IMG/VR virus record: IMGVR_UViG_3300035501_001769
Span: 1-64,000 of that record
Direction: 5' to 3' (one strand)
DNA from: a virus
Lineage: Duplodnaviria; Caudoviricetes
DNA: 64,000 nucleotides
Below are positions 49,445 to 59,154 of this stretch, in pieces. Position 1 is the first letter of the stretch. Each line of letters starts with the position of its first letter. The notes under the pieces are model-generated. The model saw only the letters and a list, made by a program, of their open reading frames with translations. It did not search any database and had not been told where the DNA came from. A program made the translations under genes and the position numbers.

Positions 49445-50553
49445 TATACTTGTGGAATCGTATCTAATAATGCTCCAAGTGATGCTTCTGTTGCACTTTC
49501 CATAATGCCGTTAGCAATCTGACCATATTTGCTTTGCATCATCTTATCGTACCATGCTGTTTGATTGTTCGATGCAATGGTTTCGTTTACAAAGCTGATA
49601 GTGTCGCTGCTAACGATAACATCTTCATCAGGCTCAATCGCAACGCAAGTAAAGCTATAAGGTTGAATGTTCTTATAGGTTGGCATTTCAAGGTCATACC
49701 CCTTAATGATTATGTTCTTCACATTCAGATTGCTAAACATAAAGTGGTCTACCTGAATGATACCACTGTACTGCATTATCTGAATGAAACGAGCAACGGC
49801 TGAACTGGGGTAAACTCCGGCTTTACCACTATTGATTTCACCTTTTACAGTAAAGCTCAAATCGCCACCTGAAACAAGTTCTTTGCGTGAGTAATCACGA
49901 CCTTGTACTTGTGTTTGAACGATGTTTTTATCGCTGTTTAATGATACGGTGGGAGCTAAGTCAACATGGAACATCGTGGTAAGCGACAACTTGGTTTCAC
50001 AGCTTGTTGAAGCGGTTGTAGAAACGCCATCAGTTATGGTATATGTTGTATCTGTACTGACTACTGTAAAAGTGTATGGGTCATCCACCTCGTAATGCAA
50101 GAACATCGCTTCATTAACTCGTCTACCTGCATAATCTTCGGCTATATAAGTGTACGTGCCTCCGGTAGCCATATTTAGCGCAAGTGAACCGCCATCAATA
50201 CTTGCAACACCATCAGCAATCAAAGTTTTGCTTTTCTCAGCGGCAATACTTTGTCTGGCTTGAAGCTGTTTCAGCTGTCGAAGGTATTGCTGAGAACTAA
50301 TGTAGTTACTAACCTTCTTCAATGCTTCATTGGTGAGTTTGCGCCTTTCAGTGAAGATGATAGCTGAGTTGTATGCTCTTGGTGCTTTGTATTGTACACC
50401 ACTTTGGTCCTTATTGAGATAGCCTCGCGCCAACCGCAAAAGCAAGGAACCTGCGCTTGCTTCTGCGGTGTATACGAGATTACTCCAAACCGAGCTTTTA
50501 GCGGCTGATTTAGCCGCATTAGAAGCTCCGCTTATGATTGATTTATAATTCAT
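49444..50553 (-). CDS. Tail tube initiator/hub-associated protein
   Basis: KNIVQTQVQGRDYSRKELVSGGDLSFTVKG; directly after the tape measure gene. Confidence 0.55.
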   Translation of the reverse strand: MNYKSIISGASNAAKSAAKSSVWSNLVYTAEASAGSLLLRLARGYLNKDQSGVQYKAPRAYNSAIIFTERRKLTNEALKKVSNYISSQQYLRQLKQLQARQSIAAEKSKTLIADGVASIDGGSLALNMATGGTYTYIAEDYAGRRVNEAMFLHYEVDDPYTFTVVSTDTTYTITDGVSTTASTSCETKLSLTTMFHVDLAPTVSLNSDKNIVQTQVQGRDYSRKELVSGGDLSFTVKGEINSGKAGVYPSSAVARFIQIMQYSGIIQVDHFMFSNLNVKNIIIKGYDLEMPTYKNIQPYSFTCVAIEPDEDVIVSSDTISFVNETIASNNQTAWYDKMMQSKYGQIANGIMESATEASLGALLDTIPQV

Positions 50554-50559
50554 TGTCTA

Positions 50560-53500
50560 TTAGCTGTGATGATTTGGATTAGCCAACTCCCATGCGTCTT
50601 GGAACATCTTATTTATGCACGTTCCAAGTCCTTCCTCGTCAAGCGGCTGGTTCATATTAACTTCTTTTATCGTAACATTAATATCGAAGTTAGTATCTCT
50701 GGTTACTTCTGCAATAGCTGTTGTACCTAAGTTTGATAATCTATAAGCATCTTGTTGAATTGATGGTACCGCTTCTTTAGCCATTTTATAGGCAATCATA
50801 TTTGCTGCCAAAGCGTCTTGGGGAGAACCTGAGATAGAGTCAGTAGGTGTAATATACGCAAGCGGTGCGCCCTTACCGGCTACAGGTTTCGCCTTACCCT
50901 GTGCCGCTGACTTAGCTGCTGCATCATTGAAAGCTGCGAAATTGTATGGCTGGTGCGTGTAGTTTTTAAGAATAATGCTGTCATTCTCAGGATTTGACCA
51001 GTTGGGCATCAACGTCTTTCCATCAGCTGTGTACACGCTCATGATACCGCCTGTGTTTTGGTAAAGGTCCATATCTGAGTAATCACCATTGCCAAAAATC
51101 TTAGCCATTTGAGAAGCTGTATACTTGCTAAATCCCGGCAAATAAGGTTGTTTACCTTCTTTATCGTATGCCCAAGCATTTGCGCTACCCATGATGGCAT
51201 AAGGTGTCGGAACCCAATATATACTGCGACCATTTTCGTCTTTGCCAGTCTTATTGTCTTTTGTACCCGGAGAAATACCACCTTCGCCAAGGGTAAGACC
51301 TTTTATACCTGTACCAATCCAGTTGCCACGATTAATCAACGGCAGCAACATTTGTTTGAGCGGTAGCATTGTGGTTGATGTGTACCAGTTCCATGCTTGG
51401 TCAAACATACCTGATAATACACTGGGGCTGTAGTCTTTACTGATTTTAGTGTACCATTCAGTAGTGCCAAATGTACCATATTTCTTATTGAGAATAGGGA
51501 ATACGGTAGCCATTGTGTTTTGCCAATCCGAAAGAGGCATCTGGAAGGCATCATCTTTGTATTTGTCGAGCAAATTAACGATAGCCATGTTGCCGTTAAA
51601 CATACGATTGACAATCGGGGAAAGGGCGTTATGACCGGCGCGAGAGTGCATAATATCTGCCAAGCTCTGCAATTGGGCATCTTCGAGATCATCTACGTCA
51701 AATCTTTTATCCCAAGCGATTTTTTGAGCCATAGATTTATGCGCTTCGTTGATTTTGTTTCTTAGTTCATCAACCGTTTTAGCAGTTGTAAACGCTGAAG
51801 CAAGTTGGTCAGCATATTGAGTAACGTATGGATTATCTGTTTTCTTACCAACAGAATACTGAGCGGCATATATCAAATCTCTGGCACTTGCTGCACTTGG
51901 GTCTATAATTGTGCCATTGCCAAAGTCATATTTACCATTCACCAAAGGAATATCAGCAGCTTCGGCTATGTCTTTGATGCGGTCACTCATACTGTACCCA
52001 TTCCAAAACTCAGTATTGGTCAAATCGCCATATTTTGCACCAAAAGCAGTGTCTTTTAGCGGAGTTTTATCATCAAGATTGTTTTCGTTGTGTTGGTCGT
52101 AAGCCTCTTTCCATAATCTGATATTCTCAGTTAATATCGTATTTTCATTGCGAATATCACCATAACGAACACGCATTGTAGCTGAAAGAACGTCTTGGAT
52201 ATTTGAGAACTTAACAGATTCAAAATTAAAGTTGTTGATGGTTTTGGTCCATTCAGCAACGCCTTCTTGCAACCTTGCAGTATTGTCCTTCCATTGCTTA
52301 ATTGAAGCCGCTAATAATGCCACTGCTGCCACTGCTACTGCTCCATAACCAATCACGCCCATCAAACCCGGTATACCACTTGCAGCTTGATATGCGACAC
52401 CTGCTAAACCGGCACCACCGGCAGAACCAACAGCACTACCAATCATGCCACCGATACCACTATCATCAGAAGTAAACGCACTACCGACTGTATCGCCTAA
52501 CATATAACCTAATACACCACCAACGCCTGACATACCAACAGCACCTGCTGATTGCCATCCGCTCATCCTCATGTGACGCTTCCACCAACCCGGATTATCT
52601 TTTGAGTTGCCAACATTAGAGCCGGGTTTTGTGTTGCCAAGACCTGAACCACCTGATAAGATTGTTGTCGAACCAACGTTACCACGACTTAATACGCGAT
52701 TTTCAAGTCGCTCACGTTCATCTTCAGTAAAGATAGGTAAAGCACCACCCGAAACGAGCTTCTTGCCTAATCCCCTAAAAGCTGTACCCTTCAAGCCTTC
52801 TCCGTGAATTGCGCCAATCATAGCTGCCATATTTCTCATCACAAAGCCTGAGCGGAAGATTGCAGCAACGCCATAAAACAATGACTTAACTGCTGTTAAT
52901 GTTTTAACGAGGGGAAGCAACAATAATTGCAGTTTCATCCAGAACGTAATAAACGGCTTATATGTATCGTAGAAGTGATAGAACTTAACCGACACTTCAC
53001 TGATAATGTCTATAAAGTGTTTAAAGTCTTGGAAAATCTCTGTGATTTTGTCCTTAGCTTCCGTAGTACCGAGCCATGCTGTTAAGTTTCTCAGCATATT
53101 TTTGATGGGGTCTTGAATACCCTTAAACGCTTCTACACCATCATCTGTTAATGTTGATGTTAATTGCGCCCAAAGACCGGCAATCGTATTCTTCTTCTTC
53201 TCAGCTAACTCATCAACAAGACCATCTGACATGAAGTTAGTTTTAACCAACTCATTCCACTTGTCAACATTAGCAGCAAGAGCAACAGCACCCTGAGCAG
53301 CGGTTTTATTGAATAGCTTGAAGAATGAATCTACTTTAACATCAGGGTTCTTACTAATATCCGCAAAGATGTCTGCAAGATTACGTAAATTACCGTTACT
53401 ATCGGTTCGCTGAATACCAAGTCGTTGCCATTCAGCTTCCATACTCTTAGTAGGCTTCACCAAGTTACTGAGGATAGTGCGCATGATAGTACCTGCCTGA

Positions 53501-55059
53501 GAACCCTTCATACCTGCATCACCCAACAAACCAAGTCCGGCAGTAGCTTCTTCAAACGAAATACCGCCAGCCTTCAAAAGAGAGCCTGCATACTTATATG
53601 ATTCTGCAATCTCATTCAAAGTAACGTTGCTTCGGGTAAATGTGTTGGTCATGACATCAGCTGTGTGCATCATCTGAGAAGATTTCATGCCGTAAGATGT
53701 CATGATGTTGGTTACAAGGTCGGCAGTTTCACCAAGGTCAGAGTCACCTACAAGAGCAATATCTGAAATGGGAACCATAGCGGTACTAATATCATCAACC
53801 GAAAGACCTGCCATAGCAAGGAATTTCGCTGCATCAGCTACTTCAGTAACCTTAAACTTAGTTTGCACACCGATTTGCTTAACGACTTGTTGCATACGGC
53901 TGAAACGAGAATCAAAGTCGGCACGTTTATCGTGTGAACCTAAGATATTGCTAACCGTAGCCATAGTGTTATCGTAATCCGTAGCTGAGTTGACAATATC
54001 TCCAATGCCGCTCATCAAACCGGTAAGACCATAAGCAATACCCATACCTTTCAGCATATCAATTGCCATACCACCGGTGTTGGGTAGGGGAGTTGCACCC
54101 AACAGCTTATAGGATAGGTTACTGGGTGATGGTTGGAATTTCTTTACACCACTCGCACCACTTTTACCGCCTAATGCCGTTGGAACAGGTCTACCTGTCT
54201 TAGCATCAGCTGCCACCCAACCTGAAGTAAGAACGCTTTCTCTAAATCGCAAGGCTTCTTGTGCCTTTTCAATTCTTTGCAATCTACTACTTGAAAGTGG
54301 GTTGTTCTTTTTTACTCTTTCTAAACGAGCTATGTTAGTTGAAATTTGGCTTGGTGTACCATGCAACATCCCTAAAAAGCCTAATATGGATTCATTTTCA
54401 CCAATAAGCCTTGTCAATCTTGCCGCTTTTTCAGGTGTTAATTTATTGGGGTTAACACTGTTTAGTCGTGTTAAATTATGAGATGCGTGTATTACATCGC
54501 GCTGAACATCTCTTAAATTACTTAGACTGTTTTCCAATCTAAGCATTTTTTGAGCAGACAAGGAGTTAACGCCCTTTACTCTCTGGTATCTGTCATAATT
54601 GGTTTTAACACGCTGTAACTCTGTAAGGCTCTTTGGGTCTTTTGGCATAAGTTGTGTTTTCTGCCATGTCTGACCTTCAGGCAATGCTATTGTTGGAGCG
54701 TTAGCACCTCGGTAATATAGTTTATTGCCATCGCGAATAAACCCATCTCTAAATGCGGCTCGCCTTGTCGAAGTACGTTTGGTAGCTGAAGTAGTAGCGG
54801 CTGTACCACCTTTTAAGACTGTGCTTAACCTCTCAGCTTTAATCAAAAGCGCATCAAGAGTAGAGTTTGCTTCAGAAGCATCAATAGTTACCTTCAAGCC
54901 AGTCAAGGCTTTACGCAACATCTCCGCTTGGCTGTTTATGTTTTCGAAAATGACAGCAATGTCCTGTAATTTCTGGGTAGCTGCGAGAAACTTGTCTACT
55001 TCAGCTACCGCATTGCCGGCATTGACATTAATTAAATAGTCTACTTGATATTGAGCCAT
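50560..55059 (-). CDS. Tail tape measure protein
   Basis: 1499 aa; TP901-type core (TKFKVTEVADAAKFLAMAGLS...LGLLGDAGMKGSQAGT) and Gly/Ala-rich hydrophobic segments. Confidence 0.92.
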   Translation of the reverse strand: MAQYQVDYLINVNAGNAVAEVDKFLAATQKLQDIAVIFENINSQAEMLRKALTGLKVTIDASEANSTLDALLIKAERLSTVLKGGTAATTSATKRTSTRRAAFRDGFIRDGNKLYYRGANAPTIALPEGQTWQKTQLMPKDPKSLTELQRVKTNYDRYQRVKGVNSLSAQKMLRLENSLSNLRDVQRDVIHASHNLTRLNSVNPNKLTPEKAARLTRLIGENESILGFLGMLHGTPSQISTNIARLERVKKNNPLSSSRLQRIEKAQEALRFRESVLTSGWVAADAKTGRPVPTALGGKSGASGVKKFQPSPSNLSYKLLGATPLPNTGGMAIDMLKGMGIAYGLTGLMSGIGDIVNSATDYDNTMATVSNILGSHDKRADFDSRFSRMQQVVKQIGVQTKFKVTEVADAAKFLAMAGLSVDDISTAMVPISDIALVGDSDLGETADLVTNIMTSYGMKSSQMMHTADVMTNTFTRSNVTLNEIAESYKYAGSLLKAGGISFEEATAGLGLLGDAGMKGSQAGTIMRTILSNLVKPTKSMEAEWQRLGIQRTDSNGNLRNLADIFADISKNPDVKVDSFFKLFNKTAAQGAVALAANVDKWNELVKTNFMSDGLVDELAEKKKNTIAGLWAQLTSTLTDDGVEAFKGIQDPIKNMLRNLTAWLGTTEAKDKITEIFQDFKHFIDIISEVSVKFYHFYDTYKPFITFWMKLQLLLLPLVKTLTAVKSLFYGVAAIFRSGFVMRNMAAMIGAIHGEGLKGTAFRGLGKKLVSGGALPIFTEDERERLENRVLSRGNVGSTTILSGGSGLGNTKPGSNVGNSKDNPGWWKRHMRMSGWQSAGAVGMSGVGGVLGYMLGDTVGSAFTSDDSGIGGMIGSAVGSAGGAGLAGVAYQAASGIPGLMGVIGYGAVAVAAVALLAASIKQWKDNTARLQEGVAEWTKTINNFNFESVKFSNIQDVLSATMRVRYGDIRNENTILTENIRLWKEAYDQHNENNLDDKTPLKDTAFGAKYGDLTNTEFWNGYSMSDRIKDIAEAADIPLVNGKYDFGNGTIIDPSAASARDLIYAAQYSVGKKTDNPYVTQYADQLASAFTTAKTVDELRNKINEAHKSMAQKIAWDKRFDVDDLEDAQLQSLADIMHSRAGHNALSPIVNRMFNGNMAIVNLLDKYKDDAFQMPLSDWQNTMATVFPILNKKYGTFGTTEWYTKISKDYSPSVLSGMFDQAWNWYTSTTMLPLKQMLLPLINRGNWIGTGIKGLTLGEGGISPGTKDNKTGKDENGRSIYWVPTPYAIMGSANAWAYDKEGKQPYLPGFSKYTASQMAKIFGNGDYSDMDLYQNTGGIMSVYTADGKTLMPNWSNPENDSIILKNYTHQPYNFAAFNDAAAKSAAQGKAKPVAGKGAPLAYITPTDSISGSPQDALAANMIAYKMAKEAVPSIQQDAYRLSNLGTTAIAEVTRDTNFDINVTIKEVNMNQPLDEEGLGTCINKMFQDAWELANPNHHS

Positions 55060-55117
55060 TTATATTGAAATTAATTTATAAAGAATAGACAGATAGCGAG
55101 TGAAGTGATATGAAATT

Positions 55118-55149
55118 AAAAGGCTACCACCTTGTAAGTGATAGCCTTT
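55118..55149 (-). terminator. Intrinsic terminator after the chaperone extension
   Basis: AAAGGCTA/TAGCCTTT stem with a T-tract on the minus strand. Confidence 0.55.
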
Positions 55150-55151
55150 AT

Positions 55152-55400
55152 TTATGTTCTCCTTCTTTTTCCTTTAGATGCCGGCTTGGCTGCTGCACCA
55201 CTCATAGCTCCACCGAGTAATCCCATCTGAGCTATTGATTGTTGATGAGCGTCTAACCATGCCGCATCATTGGATATTTCAGCAAATTCTTCTTCGCTGA
55301 GAGAGTTTATGTCAGTCCCCGGAAAATAATACCTTATCAGTATTATTCTTTGACGGAGGTAATCATGCTCTTTTACTTCCGAGGACTTGATATGTTTACC
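55152..55400 (-). CDS. Tail assembly chaperone -1 frameshift extension (G-T type)
   Basis: Open -1 frame (...EVKEHDYLRQRIILIRYYFPG...KRRRT*) with no ATG near its 5' end; overlaps the chaperone 3' end at GGTAAAC. Confidence 0.6.
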   Translation of the reverse strand, partial: GKHIKSSEVKEHDYLRQRIILIRYYFPGTDINSLSEEEFAEISNDAAWLDAHQQSIAQMGLLGGAMSGAAAKPASKGKRRRT

Positions 55401-55765
55401 AAGCGACCATTACGCATTTCGATGATTTTGCTTAATTGACCCATCAAGCCAAAGAGGAACAATGAATCATCGTTGATAAGGTCTTTGTCACCGGCAAGGA
55501 AACAATCGTTTGCCAAAGCTCGCATAGCCGCAGGACCGTTGTTGCTGCTGGTGGCGATATAACGAGAGAACGCGACAAAGCCGGGTTCTTTGAAGTATGC
55601 AATGTAAAGTTCTTTCTCATCACGGTCAGGCATACCTTCAACTACGATAGGGAATACTTGACGGAGTTTAGAGTCACCGGCTTTAAGCTCTGCTACTTTT
55701 GCGGTGATTTCAGCTTGTACTTCTTCTGAAAGTGCAATGCTGTCATTGATTTCTGTATCTTCCAT
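55373..55765 (-). CDS. Tail assembly chaperone
   Basis: Acidic 130-aa ORF between the tube and tape measure genes. Confidence 0.7.
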   Translation of the reverse strand: MEDTEINDSIALSEEVQAEITAKVAELKAGDSKLRQVFPIVVEGMPDRDEKELYIAYFKEPGFVAFSRYIATSSNNGPAAMRALANDCFLAGDKDLINDDSLFLFGLMGQLSKIIEMRNGRLVNISSPRK

Positions 55766-55823
55766 AATTATGTTAGTTATTAAAGTGATTTATATTTGAA
55801 TAGCACCATCTTCAGATAGGTGT

Positions 55824-55855
55824 AAAAAAAAGCGGATATTTTTTACATATCCGCT
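55824..55855 (-). terminator. Intrinsic terminator after the tail tube gene
   Basis: AGCGGATAT/ATATCCGCT stem plus a T-tract. Confidence 0.7.
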
Positions 55856-55882
55856 CGAAATAATCAACTTTATATCTAACAA

Positions 55883-56344
55883 TTAAACGGTAGCATGAGT
55901 GACTACGATGTCGAAGGGGTTAAGGTCAAATTCCATAGTGATTTGGGTATCGTCTTGTGATACTTCCAAACCTTCCTCGCTGAAGAAGCACTTTTTAAGG
56001 GTTACTGTTTCAGCAGTCAAGTCACCTTCGTTTGCCCATGAAATCGTAAGGTCAAATTCGCCCAAATCTTCAAGGCTATCAAGTGTGCCGCGAAGCTGTA
56101 CTTGGGTATTGTAATCCATTGTGATAGAAGCTGTATACTCGTAGTTGCCGAAGCCACGGTTAACAGGTTTGCCGCCAAGACCGTAGTTAGTTGCTACATT
56201 ACGCTTCTTATTCCATTTAATAGCTTGTACACCGCTAAGGATAGTGGGGTTGTCAGTAGCTGCTCCAGTCAAATCCAATGACTGAAGTGTAATCATAGAC
56301 CATGAATAAGCTACGTTATTAATAGTTGTTGTAGTATCTGACAT
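55883..56344 (-). CDS. Tail tube protein
   Basis: INNVAYSWSMI, YGLGGKPVNRGFGNYEYTASITM; follows the sheath gene. Confidence 0.8.
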   Translation of the reverse strand: MSDTTTTINNVAYSWSMITLQSLDLTGAATDNPTILSGVQAIKWNKKRNVATNYGLGGKPVNRGFGNYEYTASITMDYNTQVQLRGTLDSLEDLGEFDLTISWANEGDLTAETVTLKKCFFSEEGLEVSQDDTQITMEFDLNPFDIVVTHATV

Positions 56345-56352
56345 TTATTCAA

Positions 56353-57669
56353 TTATTTAGAAAGAGCCAACGCTTCGGTTACAACAATTTCGTTTGATGC
56401 ACCCATAGGAATAATTGAGTATGAAGCCTCGATTATATCCGTTTGGAGAACATTTTGATTTGCCGGTACATTTACAGTGCCAACGCCACTAAGCTCATCA
56501 GCATCAGCCATTGCGTTCAATGCGTCTGTAATAGCCAATGTGAAGTTAGAGATTACAGAAGTTGACAGTGTACCTTTGCTGGGATCTACCTTGATAGGTG
56601 AATTAACGTAAGGCAGTAAATTCAAGCGAACATTGCGGCGAGCTTTGTTAGCTGCGCGGTTACGAGCGATATTGCAGAAGTCACCGTCTGAGCAGGTATA
56701 ATCGAATGAGAAGTAAACACCATCCAAACCATTCTTCTTGCAATAGAAGTTGTAACCCTTTTCAACCAAAGAGTCAAGCTCGCGTTTGCGGAGCGAATCG
56801 TATGAAGTCGGGTTAGTGATTACGCCTTCAGCTACGGTTGAATCGCCAAAACCAAACTCAATGTCATCGACATAATCAGCAAGGTTGCATTGTTTAACCC
56901 AACCGATGCAATTACCAACAGCGGTAATAGCGATTTCACCAAGCACAACACCTACGTTACCTACAGGAGTGGTTGATGAAAGAGATGCTTGCATATCAGC
57001 TACTTCACCTGCATCATCTTGCTCTTGGCTAATGAATACACCAACAGAAGGAGCTTTTGCGTTTGTCAGGGTAGGGATTTTGCTGAGAACAACAGTGTTG
57101 TCAGTGCCGGTAGTGGTTTTTACTTTAGCAGTGTTAGCGTTCAGAACACATACGGTCGGAGCGTCGTATTCATCGAGCAATACATCCATAGCGTTTTGGA
57201 TGTAATCAACCAATTGGAGAGAATAGTTAGCTGACTCGCTTACTTTTTTCCAAAGGCATTGCTCAGTCCAAATACCAATGTTGCTAATAACGCCATTAGA
57301 AACACGTGACATTTGAGCGATTGCATCTTCCCAAGCGTCTTTATCTGAGCAGTCTGCGAACATCACGTACAAACGAGCTGTTGAGCTACTGCCAATTACT
57401 GAGAAGAATTTGCTGATATGGTAATAAGGAATACCATTCATGAAGCCGCGATTAGAGCTGCTCTCATAGGCTGTAATACCTAAACTTACTGCTTCTGAAG
57501 CTGAATCAAGCTCAACTACGGTGTTGTTAAGTGCTTCAGGTACCGACAAGCCTGTTTGAGAAGAAATGTCGAATAGTAGACCGCAGGTAAATTCAGGGTA
57601 AACAGTGGTGGCCTTAATACGGCCAATATTTCCGTCAAGTCTGGAAATATTTACGTTACCAAAAGACAT
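56353..57669 (-). CDS. Contractile tail sheath protein
   Basis: 438 aa; LVEKGYNFY...GVYFSFDYTC...IARNRAANKARR...IIPMG. Confidence 0.8.
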   Translation of the reverse strand: MSFGNVNISRLDGNIGRIKATTVYPEFTCGLLFDISSQTGLSVPEALNNTVVELDSASEAVSLGITAYESSSNRGFMNGIPYYHISKFFSVIGSSSTARLYVMFADCSDKDAWEDAIAQMSRVSNGVISNIGIWTEQCLWKKVSESANYSLQLVDYIQNAMDVLLDEYDAPTVCVLNANTAKVKTTTGTDNTVVLSKIPTLTNAKAPSVGVFISQEQDDAGEVADMQASLSSTTPVGNVGVVLGEIAITAVGNCIGWVKQCNLADYVDDIEFGFGDSTVAEGVITNPTSYDSLRKRELDSLVEKGYNFYCKKNGLDGVYFSFDYTCSDGDFCNIARNRAANKARRNVRLNLLPYVNSPIKVDPSKGTLSTSVISNFTLAITDALNAMADADELSGVGTVNVPANQNVLQTDIIEASYSIIPMGASNEIVVTEALALSK

Positions 57670-57677
57670 TGTGTTTA

Positions 57678-57965
57678 TTAATTTTTGTAAAACGGATTTT
57701 TATATAGAATAGCTTTACCCCTGATAGATTGTTGCGTATTAGGAGTATACACGTTTCCTGAAGGGGTTACGTAAAGTGTTTGATACTGAGGGAAGTGTTC
57801 AAGGATTTTGGCAACCTCAACAGGAATATCCTCGCTTTCAGCGGTTACTTCTGTTTTGGTTTCTTTAATCACTTCTTCAGTAGCTTCTTTGGTTGTTGTA
57901 GTTGCTTCTGTTTGCTCTACTGTTTGAGCTTCTTCAGTAGCTTCTTTGGTTTTGATACGTGCCAT
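57678..57965 (-). CDS. Hypothetical low-complexity virion-associated protein
   Basis: T/E/A-rich N-terminus and a globular tail; after the capsid gene. Confidence 0.6.
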   Translation of the reverse strand: MARIKTKEATEEAQTVEQTEATTTTKEATEEVIKETKTEVTAESEDIPVEVAKILEHFPQYQTLYVTPSGNVYTPNTQQSIRGKAILYKNPFYKN

Positions 57966-57984
57966 GTTTTATGTTGTTAGATAT

Positions 57985-58025
57985 AAAAAGAAAGGAGTGG
58001 AGTTTCGTTTCTTCTCCACTCCTTT
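57985..58025 (-). terminator. Intrinsic terminator after the major capsid gene
   Basis: 12-bp AAAGGAGTGGAG/CTCCACTCCTTT stem plus a T-tract. Confidence 0.75.
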
Positions 58026-58047
58026 GTGAATTATTTAGTTATGATAA

Positions 58048-59142
58048 TTAAGCTGCCGGAGCTTGGTATGCAGTCCAAACTACAATTTCACCCGGAAGTA
58101 CGAGATTGACATCAATCTTCATACGCATTTGGAAGAAATAGAGTTCAGAGTTGTTTTGCAAGCGGTCTACGCGAACTGATTCTTGGTCAGTAGCATAGTC
58201 AACACCCATCCAGAGGCAAGAGTCTGCACCTGAAGTGAATTTGCCAAGGAAGATGGTGTGTTCGGGCATACCGTTGATTACAACGATGCGTTTGCCTTTG
58301 AACTTAGCTTTGTTAACCTCAGCATTTTCGGTGTACTTAACATCTTTGCTGGTAAGGTATTGTTCGTACATATCCCATGCTTCCCAACCCATAACGAATT
58401 TCAAAGCAGCAGATTTGCGAACATTCTTAGGACATTTTGCCCACATTGCATAAAGAGCTTTTTCTACAGCTGCACCGTCAGTAAGTTCGGTGTTACCTGC
58501 TACGAGAACAGCACCTGAAGCAACTTCGTTCTTTTCTGCCTCTGTACGTTTGTCCTCAGCAACGTTTTGAGCTGCAACGTTAGCCAATACACGAGCGATT
58601 GCGCCATCGAAATAGCTCATATCACCGGCTGCGCTTTCACCACCGATTTCAGTTGCACCGGCAGGACCAGCAATTACTTTAGTGTCTACGCCACCCTTAC
58701 GAGCTGACCAGATGCAATCGCCAATGTATTCATCTTTTTTGTCGATGAGAAGGTGGAGCATTTTAGCTTGTACGCGAGGGTCAAGTTCGCGGAACAAGAG
58801 AGAACCTTGCGGTTGAGCGAAACGCCAGTATTCCTCGTAGTCACGAGGGTTAAACTCAACGTACACCATGAAGTCTTGGGGTTCAAGGTAGCGTTCTGAA
58901 TGAGTGAATGAGCCAACGCTGTTTGAGCTAATACCGTTGCCTTGGGGAGCTGCCGGAGTAGCTACGTTAGGTTGAATGATTTTGTTAAGGTTCAAGTGGG
59001 GGAGAACAAACTTCTTTTGAATACCCGGCTTGATATTGATAAGACCTTCGCGGAATGTGTCATTACCTTTCGCGGTATATACTAACAAGTCCTCAAGAAC
59101 TTCACCGCTGTAAGAATTGCCTGCAAAATTAATAGTTGCCAT
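58048..59142 (-). CDS. Major capsid protein
   Basis: 364 aa after the protease/scaffold gene, followed by a strong terminator; LEPQDFMVYVEFNPRDY. Confidence 0.75.
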   Translation of the reverse strand: MATINFAGNSYSGEVLEDLLVYTAKGNDTFREGLINIKPGIQKKFVLPHLNLNKIIQPNVATPAAPQGNGISSNSVGSFTHSERYLEPQDFMVYVEFNPRDYEEYWRFAQPQGSLLFRELDPRVQAKMLHLLIDKKDEYIGDCIWSARKGGVDTKVIAGPAGATEIGGESAAGDMSYFDGAIARVLANVAAQNVAEDKRTEAEKNEVASGAVLVAGNTELTDGAAVEKALYAMWAKCPKNVRKSAALKFVMGWEAWDMYEQYLTSKDVKYTENAEVNKAKFKGKRIVVINGMPEHTIFLGKFTSGADSCLWMGVDYATDQESVRVDRLQNNSELYFFQMRMKIDVNLVLPGEIVVWTAYQAPAA

Positions 59143-59154
59143 TGTGTGTTTCTG

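Noticed and set aside
25651-59142. Tailocin/eCIS interpretation of the contractile tail cluster
   Set aside because: Capsid, protease, portal and replisome genes are present, so this is a phage
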